A DNA stretch of 60,126 nt, the filler included, from Dirinaria sp. TL-2023a (lineage: Eukaryota): assembly GCA_051941275.1 (NCBI GenBank). It is 2 parts of 2 records of this genome, joined end to end, with 100 filler letters (N's around TTAATTAATTAA, not from the genome) between each part and the next. Parts side by side here need not be neighbours in the genome. Positions count along the whole stretch, not along the records: positions 30,133 to 60,126 come from JAVEBF010000106.1; 1 more part is not named here. One strand, written 5' to 3'. Under the pieces are notes generated by a model. That model ran no database searches, had not been told where the DNA came from, and was given only the letters and a program-made list of their open reading frames with translations. Below, in pieces: positions 49,762-60,126 of the stretch (the stretch's first letter is position 1; each line of letters opens with the position of its first letter). Position numbers and translations under genes: made by a program.

Positions 49762-49916
49762 CGGATGAAATCCCGATGCATCCGATAGCCCGATAATCAT
49801 ACAGTGATTGGAGCCGGCGGACGATCCGACGTCGGATTTCCCGCCGTCCGACTATGATTCGGACCGACCAAACCCTATTTCAACCCTAAATACCAATTCC
49901 CCCGGAACTTCTGCCG
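49762..49916. promoter_or_regulatory. Four CGG-N8-CCG sites in the divergent promoter of the membrane protein and the FAD oxidase
   Basis: Sites at 49762-49775, 49815-49828, 49833-49846 and 49903-49916. Confidence 0.7.
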
Positions 49917-50245
49917 AGCCTTATCGCCGCTGACTGCCGACCTGCATCCCGATGAATCTTCTTTCTCACCAACTTTTCGTATCAAAGTTCGTAGTCGAGT
50001 CGGGGTGCAATATTATCCTGTCATGTGCGTGAATCTAGCTCCTTTGCACACGGGAGTCGCCGCCGGTCGTTGCGCGGTGAGCAATGCGAAGAAAGCTAAG
50101 CTCCCACAAGCTTTGCCAGTAGGTGAAGATGAAGGCAAATTCGATCCGAGTTCTGCGTGACAGCGCGTAAGACCTAAGCTTTTTTCCACTCTAGTATACT
50201 TCATATAGATCGGCATTGAGCACTGGAAGACGTCAATTCATCAAG

Positions 50246-51748
50246 ATGGCCCGTAATGATTCTCCTGTGCTCATTCTTGGTGGCGGCGCTTGGGGCCTAT
50301 CCACCGCTTTACACATGCTCAATGCAGGCTACAATGATATTAGGGTCGTTGAGCGTGCTGAACAAATACCTTCGAGATACTCTGGTGCCTGGGATCTCAA
50401 CAAGATCGTTCGCGCTGAATACGAGGATCCCTTTTACACAGAATTAGCTCTGGTAAGGTCACTGTTGGCAGTTTTGGTGGAATGGCGCCCGAAGAGGTCT
50501 TTACTTCAGCTCTCCTGTTCATGTGTCAGAGAAAAGTCTCCAATTCAGAAGTTTCATGGACCCACCACTGACGGCATGCTTGAGCGAGAATAGGACGCCA
50601 TGGAAGGCTGGAAGACTCCTCTCTTCGGGCCGTATTTTCATCAGACCGGCTACGTGGTCGCTGTAACCGACAGGGCTCCTGAAAAGGCAGTCCATCACCT
50701 AGAGGAAGCTCTTTCCTCGATATCCTCGCATCCCAGGTTCGCTTCTGAAATCAGACGGCTGCACGGCGGCAAAGACTTCAAGGACTATACGTGGCAGTAT
50801 AGCGGGCCCTTGACCGGGTTCAAAGGGTACATCAATCGAATTGCAGGCTATGCGCATTCTGCAGATACGCTTAGGGGTATCTGGGAGCATTGTGCAAGCA
50901 GGGGCGTGAGGTTTATCATGGGGGAGTCAGCTGGCAAGGCTGTCGAGCTTCTCTATGCTGACGCGAAAGTCTTGGCTTCGTCTTCTACCGGCACGGGCCC
51001 TCAGAGAAGCACTGGGGAAGGTCGATGCATTGGTGTCAAGACAGCCGATGGCAAGCGTCACTTGGCGGATTTGACGATTTGCGCTTTGGGCGCCTATGCT
51101 GCCTCACTGATTCCAAGCCTAGGGAATTTTAGTGTGGCGCGATGTTGGTCTGTAGCACACGTGCAGCTGACTCAGGCAGAGACAAATTTCCTCCGTGGCA
51201 TCCCTACAACCAGCGTTCGAGACCTAGGATTCTTCTTTGAGCCAGATCCCAAAACCCAGCTGTTCAAGTTATGTCCACTTGGCGCCGGATTCACCAACAC
51301 CAACAATGATGGCATATCTTTGCCGCCTGGGGATCTCCTCCCACCTCCGCAAGATTACATTCCCCTTGAGGACGAGCAAAAGCTTAGGCAGCTATTGCGC
51401 GAGACGTTTCCGTGGATGGCCGAAAGACCCTTCGTGGAACAGAAGCTCTGTTGGTTCGCAGACACAGCAGACTCGGAATACTGCATCGATTTTGTTCCGA
51501 ACACGAACAACTCGCTTGTCGTGCTTTCTGGCGACTCGGGGCATGGCTTCAAGATGATGCCGAGCTTTGGAAAGTGGGTGGTGGAACTATTGAAAAATAA
51601 CGAGCAAAGGCTGCCGAGATGGCAATGGCGCAATACAGATCTAAGGGGGCAAGACTGGAGCACGTCTGTCAGTTGGAGGATCGGAGAGTCGCGCGAGATC
51701 CGTGACATGATTGATGAAAAGTCGAAAATCATCAAAGCCAGACTGTGA
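50246..51748 (+). CDS. FAD-dependent amine oxidase, sarcosine / L-pipecolate / fructosyl-amino-acid oxidase family, with PTS1
   Basis: VLILGGGAWGLSTA, DLNKIVRAEY, intron 50453-50593, FHQTGY, GFFFEP, KLCWFADT (covalent-FAD Cys region), SGDSGHGFK; C-terminal -ARL. Confidence 0.92.
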
Positions 51749-52375
51749 TTTTGAGGGGAAAAGTGGACTTAAAATGACCAGTGGTCGCTAAATCCTTTGA
51801 TAAGCCTTCTCTTACGTGAATTGATGTTCGGTATCAATTCTAATAGAAAAGTACTGATAGTCATCGTGGCTTTTCTTGAAGGAGTGTTGAGTGGTATCGT
51901 CCGCGTTATATCTAACGGAGTCCGTTTTAGACCACGCTCCAAACTGTGCTTCCCCGAGCCTTCTTGTCATTCTTCACCAAGAAGCCGGCTAGCCAAGGGA
52001 CACGGGTGTGTGTAAATAAACTTGGTTCTCCCAAGCAATATGAGCAGCATCACCACAGACAGTCTATCCCTCATTTTCATTGATGACAGACTTTCTTTGC
52101 GGTAAGTCGAGAACCATAGTTGATCAGGGGGATCAGTTCTTGCTGGCCTCGAGGATGGATGTAGAACTGTAACGTTTAATCCTCACCTGCAACGGCTTTC
52201 GGAACCATAATTACGTACTCCGGCATTTCGTATCCTCACTCGCCAGAGACATTTCTCAGAAGCGTCGGGAAAGACTGCTGGGCCATTCCCTACATGTAAT
52301 TGAAAATCCTGTAGAAGTTGTCGTTTTACCTCCTAAAAAGCTTCGCTCGCGGCGTCTTTACCATCATTCACTTAT

Positions 52376-52432
52376 CTTAGGTAAATACTTAGGTAAGAAC
52401 TTAGGTAAGAGCTTAGGTAATTACTTAGGTAA
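52376..52432. repeat. 12-bp period tandem repeat, 5 x CTTAGGTAA(N3), in the regulator promoter
   Basis: CTTAGGTAA starts at 52376, 52388, 52400, 52412 and 52424. Confidence 0.85.
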
Positions 52433-52670
52433 TGAGTATCGGCCGGAAATCTGCCAAAGCGCTAACCCTAAAAGGATGCGATGCGGGGGTTCCATCGGCC
52501 TTTAATCGATGCGATCCATCACTATCTTTCGTATCATACATTACTTCTCATACTGGCTGCAGCCGAAAACGACTCTCAGACTAGTATACACGTCCAAAAG
52601 GGTCGAGTAATGGCTCAAATCTCCCGTATGTCGGCAGTGCAGTAGAAAACTGAACCCTATCAGACGCCGC

Positions 52671-55292
52671 ATGGACAACCTGGGCTCGCAGCAGGACCGA
52701 ATCAGGAAGCGGGCATCCAACGCGTACGCAGGCAGATCCTGTATGCCCGTGCCATTATTACTCACATTACTCATCTGCTTGTTCGTCTAGTTGCAGCCGT
52801 TGCCGCCAACAGAAGATCAAATGCTCTGGCGCCGCGCCATGTGGATCGTGTATCAAAAAGAACTTGCCTTGCAATTTCGACAACGAGCATCAAAAGGTCC
52901 TCGTCACAAAAGGGTGAGTAAGCAGACTCTTGAAGCTATGCATTGACGAAATACTGTTCTAAACCCCGCCGTGAAGATTCCTTGATTCTCTCGAAAGACA
53001 AGCCGGGGTCTCCCACCATAATAATAATAGTAGCCGCGGCTCTAGACAAGACCGCATTGACCCCGCGCTCTCTACAGACGAGAATCCAGACCCTTACGTA
53101 CAAGGAGGCAAGTTTTCAAAAGATCCGAAATTGCAATTCCCACTGACCATCTGAAAGAGTTTGATGTCGGACAGCCTCATAGACTACCGACACCCGCGAA
53201 TGGATTGGGCTCTAATGAATACGCACACTCAGACTCCGAGATTGATTCTCGTAGAGAAAGCACTGCAATAGACGAAGATCTCACGAATCCCTTGGTATCC
53301 GGGAAATCCGTTTATGTAGCCGACAGTACGGGCCAGCCAAGTGAGTCCTGCTGTGATCAGTTACTGCAGATGCCATCAGGGCCTGACAAAAAGCCTTGTA
53401 CAGCTTACCTTGGGACATCTTCGAATTGGTCTTTTGGCAGGCGGATACTGAGTAATGCCCATGAGCGGCTGTACGGCGTTCCGCTGCCCGCAGCGAGCCA
53501 TCTCTTCCAGGGACCAGCGTACGAGCTTGGTTGGGATGGCCGACGAGGCACAGCGGAGCTCGACGACGCCATCCTGCCGACTGCAGATTTTGCTTTGTTT
53601 CTGATAAATGCGGTGAAATTTCATTGCGGCCAACTGTTCCATTTGTTCGACGAACAGGAATTCATGCGCAATTTCAGCACTTACCACGATCAAGGACATA
53701 GAGACAACTGTTCGGAGCTATGGCACATCCACTACCTTCTAATCCTTGCCCTGGGCAAAGCTTTCATTGTTCGAGTGGGCCAAAACCGTCGACCGCCAGG
53801 CGCCAATCTATTTGTTCAAGCGATGCGATTACTTCCAGACACCACCTACCTTTGCAACGACCCGATTCCATCAATTGAGATACTGTGCTGCGCAGCGCTC
53901 TATTTCCAGTGCTCAGATATGCGTGATCCCGCGTATAGTCTTGTGAGCTCTGTGATCGCTGGCACCATGACTCGCTGATCGCTCACTTCTGCGGCAGATT
54001 GGACAAGCCTTACGAATGGCGGTAGTGCATGGCATGCACACGGACATTCAAAGTCGTCATCATTCGGATTCTGTGACTGAGAGGTGCCGCGAGATCTGGT
54101 GGACCGTTTATTTGCTGGACTGTCATCTGTCGTCGTTGATGGGCGTGCCGCTCGCCCTGGCGGAACAGGACATTAGTGCGCAGCTTCCATCCTTTGCCGG
54201 TTTCTCATCAAAATCTCTGGCTTTGTCAATCCATGTCAGGCTTGCAAAGACTATGACGATGATACTTCGAAGTAAGTCCTGGATTCCCTGTTGCTTCTAG
54301 CGTGATATTCTGACGATACCCGATCCAAGCCGTCTACGGTGAAGAGGGTCGTACGAATAATAAATTTTTAGCCAGCATCAAAAACGCGCTAAAATCCCTG
54401 GCGAGCATTAATGATGAGCGAAACAGCGGTTTCCCTCTAAGCCTGAAGAACCCCTCAAGTAGTATTTCGAGGCTCTCGGCCTATCTCCACTTGTTCCACC
54501 ATCAAGTTCGTGATTCACTGCGATTGCGTTCATCTCGAGCCTGACGCACTAATGTGGGCCCTGTAGTGTATCATCCTCACCGTCAGACCCTTGTTGTATG
54601 CACTGTGGCAAAAGAAGACCGAGACCTCAGCTCCCATGCGCGTTAGCTCAGCAGGAAGTGTGCGATCCCTATTACGAGTTTGCGTCGCTTCGGCACACGA
54701 AACATTGAAAATCCTCGATGCCCTCCAAGCTCAAAGCCTTCTTGGTAAGTATCAGTGAATTAGGGCTGCATGTATTCTTGCATAAGCCTTTCTGGTTCCC
54801 TTTCGTTAACTTCCATGGTCAGAAAGCTTCATACCTTTTGATCTCGACTCTACATGGTTCTGCGCGGTGGTGCTTCTGGTCACCAAGATGGTCGACGATA
54901 CTCTGCTGCGGAAACATGGGTCGTGGCTGCAAAAAACACATGCGATCCTGGATGAAATGGTGTCTAGGGGTAATCTGGTTGCAAGACTTCGCAAAGCAGA
55001 GCTGGAAAAGCTCGAGGAGACATTGACAAGACTGCACACCACTGGTACCACTTCAATCATTACCCATAGCTCGGTCATGCAGACCTTCGACCAAGACCCC
55101 GCGAGCGAAGAGAGCGTTCGGGATGTCGGTTCCAGTCATTCTCAAATGCAGTATGAACCCTTGCACGATTGGAACTCTGAGGAAGGCTTGAGCGGGGATC
55201 AACTGATCGCTGTCGCGGACTCCTTGGACTTTGCCAGCTTGGACTGGATGTCGGCTGCTCCCCTGGGTCAGCTGGACGGCTGTTTGTATTAA
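52671..55292 (+). CDS. Zn(II)2Cys6 transcription factor, Put3/PrnA-like, multi-exon
   Basis: RKRASNA|CSRCRQQKIKCSGAAPCGSCIKKNLPC binuclear cluster. Middle region YLGTSSNWSF, LPTADFALFLINAVKFHCGQLFHLFDE, RRPPG, IGQALRMA..GMHT, ERCREIWWTVYLLD..LSSLMGVP and FIPFDL. Some exon boundaries are uncertain. Confidence 0.92.
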
Positions 55293-55432
55293 ACACCTCG
55301 AACCGACTCAGGGAGAATCATCATCCCTATTGAAACACTACAAGGAGATACATCGAAACAAAGACGCGTTCGGCCGGACACTTGAATTGGAAATTGATGA
55401 TCTTTAACGAGTTTTCAATTGCTAGAAGAGTA

Positions 55433-56743
55433 TCAAAAGGGAATTAGAGGCGTCCCTTTGTCTCTGGCCATGGCTGGATAGATCCAGATTGGCGACGTCC
55501 AACTCAACCAGGTCACCACCCACAAAAAGCCAGCCGCCCTTGTCGCTGTTGGGGCCTTATTAGTCATCTCTCCTCCTCGATATCTCTTGAACAGAGCTTG
55601 GGCGGCATCCTCAAACATGATTCCCAGCGCCTGGATGCAAAAGAAGCGCGTGGCCCCGCTTTCCCCAAGCGGGATCCCTTGCGAGATATCGCTCAGAGCG
55701 TGAAATACTCCCGATACAGTAAAGACTAACGTTGTGAATGCATATCTCGTTACCAACCCGCCTTGCTTCGTGCGCAGGCAGTGGTAAAGGATGAAGTGCG
55801 CAATGCTGCCACAACCTCGACGAATGAGCTGGTGGTAGAAACGCCTGCAATGCGGTGGAGGGTGTTGTTAGCTTGAAAATGGTCTCACTGATTAGAACGA
55901 AAGCATAAGTGCGTCGGCTTACCCCCAATATTGGCGGATGCTCCAGGCTTCCATAACCGAACCAAAGACTGGAGGCCACGCATCAACATCCGTGATTCGT
56001 AGAGCGACAGCGGAAACCGCAAGGAAACTATATAGGACTTCGATGACCATGTACTGGACGACCCAATAACCCAGAACGCTTAAGACCCTGGTGATGATTT
56101 CTGACGTGGAGACTTCCCACAGACGCGACAAGAAGGGAATCCGACTGGGGGAAAACAAAACAGGATTCTCTTTTGGATTTCCCAAGCTACTGCTTAGGCG
56201 CAGAATAAAGACGTACACTGAGCTTTTGAGCGTATTGCGAAGGATGAACTCGACCCTGCCAGGAACGTAATTCGGATCCCTCGGAGAAAACAAGGGGACG
56301 TTCTTGACTGGCCATTTCGTACCAGTAAAGCGGCCCTGTAAACTCACGCTGAAACCGAATCGAAGCCGATCTAGAATCGTTCCGATGGCCTCTGGTGCTG
56401 ATTGCTCTTTGCTCGCGACCCATTCTGTTTTTGACGGGCTGGACTGGACCGGGACTAGTCCACCCGTGCGAGCGGTAGGACCTTTTGCGTCGTACGCCCA
56501 TCGATTTAACAACGCAACATCGACGTACAAAAAGACTAAAAATATGCTTGCGGCTCCTAGAAAAGCTCGACCCGCGGGGTGCTGGATCTGCCCGACACAA
56601 GATTGTTGGGAATATGCATAGAGCACCATAGGGACAAGAGCTGCAGGACGAAGTAACGACTCTTTGCTCGTGAAGCCTACAACCGTGCTTGTGGTCGTGA
56701 GCTGGACGGTGATGATGCCCAAAGCAACCGTTGGCAAGGACAT
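55433..56743 (-). CDS. MBOAT / wax-synthase-like O-acyltransferase (Tri7-like), 3 exons
   Basis: Hydrophobic N-terminus, GTKWPVKNVP, WPPVFGSVMEAWSIRQYWG, F(Y)HQ, FTVSGVFH, FFCIQALGIMFED and GFLWV..WLSWT.P. Confidence 0.88.
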
Positions 56744-58907
56744 ATTGTGTCGACATAGAGAAAGAAATGTTCGAGCGAAGAGGACGTGAATGTTTGTGAT
56801 GAAGACAAGAGCGCTTGCGGGGACGTCGTCGTCAGTCAAAACAGATGATAGATCACTTATGCGGTCTTACCGTGCTTGCTCGACTACTTGGTTAGATGAG
56901 AGCCCCATCATCAGCCGCCAGATCCAATCATCAAACTGAAGCCTAAGCGACAGGACACATGCTGCAAGCCGTTAATTTGCGAGCAGAAGTCGTACTGATA
57001 GCATGACGTCGAACAAGAGAGCAGGGAAATAAAGTATATACGTTGAGAGTTCTCTTCCAGAGCAGCCAATCGCAGTCATGCAATGGCAAACGTTGGGGTT
57101 CAACCCCGTGGAGAGGCTAAAGCATGTCCATCCATCTAGTCAAGCGGTTCGGTCAGAACAGAAACAACGTGAGCTGGCTTTCACTTTCTCTCTCCATCCC
57201 AACCCGAGAGATCTACGTACGACGCCAATCTGTTGACAGGAAGATAGGCAACAATACTGTACGGTATCAGCTCCATTGCTGACTACCTGGCTTGATTCGA
57301 ACGGCTGCAGAGGGCGTCGATCCAAAAAACGCAGATAGGTGATAATGGCGCGAAGGGCTGATTCAGTTGTAGTCGCCTTCAATCAATTCGGGTGATCCTG
57401 CAGGATGTTCTGACTCAGTTGCTATCGCTTTAACTTGGTCCGTGGAATCCCACAAGATGTTTATCTAACACTTCCGATGACAGTCTAGATCATTTGCAGA
57501 CTCAGCAAGCATGCGAAACAGAAGATCAATGCCGTTTGTGTCCGTATTTCGGTGCAACGCTGAGATGGCAATGGAAGCCGCGCTGTGTCAGATTGCTGCA
57601 GCGCGTATGCAGTCTAGTATGGACGATGTTGGAACAGACGTGCTAGCAGTGCACGATTGCGCAGCAATGACGATCCCAGAATGATAGCATTTTGAACAAG
57701 CTTCAGAGAGGGCGCGATGATGCTCAGCGTTTTAGCGGTCACGAAGAACCTAATGAAACGCCGTAATCTTTCGATCTCACGATTTCCAATGCAACGTAAT
57801 GTTACGATACAATGCCAACGAATGATTGATGGAAAGTCCTGCACATCAGCCCAGAATTGATTCCGAATTCCGAGTTCCCTGCATCTTCAACTGTTAGGCT
57901 CCGATAAGTAGGCAGAGGACTCTCGCCGGATGAGGCTATCAAACCGTTGAGGTATTTTAGTCAGCAGATACCAGCAGCACTAATCGAACATGCAGAGCTG
58001 TGCCGTGACGCTCTCCATCTCGATCGCGCTGTATGAACAACCTGCCAACCCGCTTCACGTTCCCAACCACATGGGTATTGGGACCACCCGACAGTGCGCC
58101 TACCCTGGTCATCATCTCAGGACTCGCTGATCATGGCTATAGCGAGGTCGAGACCTTCTTGTGGCCCTATTGACGCGTATGCAGCTACGTGATGCTGACC
58201 CATCATGCACACACATACGCATTGTGATATGAACACCCAGGCCATGATCGGGCTCACCTGTAAGCCTTGTCATCATCCCGAAATCGAAAAGCATTACCTT
58301 GGCATTTGCATTTACAGCATCAGGATTTCATGACACTAGTAATGATAATTCATAAGTACAACAGAGACACCAGATTCCAACCGCTTCCATAGAATGCTCG
58401 CTGACTTTAGTGTTCTTGCTAGTTTCGGGTCTACTCCTAGCGCTTAGCACAAGGCGAAAGTCCGATTAAGGTTGATTACTCGACACCCGACGTTAGCTTG
58501 AAGGAATGAAGGATTCTCCCGTCTCGGCAGTGTGTCAGAGGCTATCATGGCTGTCAGCCCCTCATGCAGTCAGCCACGCGTTCAGGTCGACAGGATCAGC
58601 ATCGCATCATGCGGTCAGCTGCAAGACCAACGGTGCTTCCAACCTAGGTACTCCCGGGCTTTCTTTTATGTCACACCGATGAGCTTAGCGCGGGTACGAG
58701 TACTCCCCTGTTGCTGGTCGGCGTGCTACCAAAAGCAGTATGGAGAACGATGATTGACACCAATCCGACGAGATCAACCACCCAACTAAAGGAGAGGTAA
58801 AATATATTCGGCAAATCGACCTGACGAGGTTGAAGTCCACTTCTTCTGCCCTGAATTGAGTAGCAAGCAGCACCTTGGCTTCTCTCACCAACAGAGTATT
58901 GCCCGCC

Positions 58908-60126
58908 ATGACGCTGCTCGACGATATGATCCGCCTGGACTGGCATCCCAGAGCAGCAAGCTCTCTGATACTGGCAGTCGCTCTCCCGTTCATTGTAACT
59001 TGGCTCATCAGCTCGTTCCAGTCATGGCGTGCGATGACTGCTGCCGCGAAAGCCTCTCCAGGGGACAAACGTCCGCCCACACTTCCCTCGTCCATCCCCA
59101 TGGTTGGGCATGTCGTCAATTTTATGCGAGACGGACACGGATTTCTGTCCAGTGCAGTGTAAGTCCAGGAGGACGACTGGTTCTCCTTAAGGCGCAGAGA
59201 ACAGCGGCTCTGACAAGCTTCGCAGAAAATACTTTGGTCGCGAAATCCCCGTCCGCGTGAATTTGGCCACATTCCCCACGTGCATTGTTTCCGGTCCGGA
59301 GTCGGTCGCGGCGTTTCTCAAAGACCCCACCCGCGGGCTTATCCAGACGAACCGAAGCCTCAAGATCATGGAACATGCGTTTGGCTGTCCACACGAATTT
59401 GTGGACGAATTCCGGCCGCGCCCCGATGGTGAACTGGAGCAACAAATCCACCACGCCCTCCAGTCTATGCTTTCCGGTGCCCGCCTGGAGATCCTTGCGG
59501 GGCGGTACCAAGAAGCTGTAGTCAATCAGGTTTTCGAGGGCGACGCCAAAATGGGTGACGAGTGGACCGTGCTGCCGGATCTGTGTGCTTTCGTGGAAAA
59601 GAACATCTTCGAAGCGGCGACTCGCGCCGTATTCGGACCGTATGTCGTCGAGCTGAACCCCACCGTCTCGGCTGATTTCTGGAACTTCAACCGGCACGTC
59701 AAGTCGATGTTCATGGGCGTTCCTCAGTGGTTGAACCCGGCCGCACGGCGTGCGAGGGACAAGATGACCGGGAACGTCAAGCGGTGGCAACGCCATGCGC
59801 AGGAGCATTGCAACATCGACGACATCCCGGACGATGTCGAGTGGGAGCCGTACTACGGAAGCAAATCGACCCGTGTTCGACAGAAGCTCCTGACGAAACG
59901 AGGGATCATGGATGAATCGGCTCGTGCGGCGGAGAACCTCGCATTTATGTGGGCGTGAGTGACCCTAGCGAACTGAAACTGGAGAAACCAAACTAACACC
60001 CAGCCCAGAACAAACGCCAACTCCGTGCCCGCAGCATGCTGGTTCCTGCTCGAAACGCTGCACGACCGCACCCTCTTCCCCCGCGTCCGCGAACGTCTTC
60101 AAGCAGCCTCAATCCCCACCACCACC
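58908..60126 (+). CDS. Cytochrome P450 (CYP7-like fungal type), 5' part; runs off the window
   Basis: N-terminal anchor followed by RPPTLPSSIPMVGH, FEAATRAVFG, DFWNFN, WEPYYGS and an I-helix AFMWA|TNANSVPAACW. GT-AG introns. The heme-Cys motif lies beyond the window. Confidence 0.85.

Noticed and set aside
52376..52432. CRISPR-like or telomeric interpretation of the CTTAGGTAA array
   Set aside because: Eukaryotic locus, 3-bp spacers, and the unit is not TTAGGG.
36067..55292. Calling the cluster simply the classical prn proline-utilisation cluster
   Set aside because: No prnX-like gene, four extra genes, Tyr>Cys in PRODH, a variant permease TM1 and a different promoter motif.
39568..59808. 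Long antisense or alternate-frame ORFs over real genes (e.g. 45975-46772, 46477-47085, 59122-59808)
   Set aside because: Shadow ORFs from GC-rich codon usage.
1..60126. tRNA/rRNA genes
   Set aside because: None recognised by eye; tRNAscan-SE/Infernal would be needed to exclude them.

Overview
Fungal (filamentous ascomycete, Pezizomycotina-type) genomic DNA with intron-containing genes. An artificial 100-bp linker (N44-TTAATTAATTAA-N44, 30033-30132) splits it into two pieces that may not be adjacent in the genome. The left piece starts with about 7 kb of decayed sequence, followed by an acyl-CoA ligase pseudogene, an intact cyclase-family hydrolase, an amidase with a broken splice donor, and then core genes (ArAE/FUSC-like transporter, DUF4112-like protein, DCP2, RAD5). 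The right piece starts with a mutated Fot1/pogo transposon end and an F-box gene with one in-frame stop. The main finding follows: an eight-gene, ~19-kb cluster (36067-55292) encoding an amino acid permease, P5C dehydrogenase, a divergent P5C reductase, a proline dehydrogenase, a DapA/HOGA-like aldolase, an uncharacterised membrane protein, a peroxisomal sarcosine/pipecolate-oxidase-family flavoenzyme and a Put3/PrnA-like Zn2Cys6 regulator. The proline dehydrogenase has Cys where a conserved Tyr normally excludes hydroxyproline. Every structural-gene promoter region carries CGG-N8-CCG sites (10 found by eye). Together these suggest a co-regulated 4-hydroxyproline (or modified-proline) catabolic cluster distinct from the classical prn cluster; this function is inferred, not shown. 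The window ends with a divergent MBOAT acyltransferase / P450 pair, probably the edge of a secondary-metabolite cluster. All identifications come from motif recognition by eye; no searches were run.
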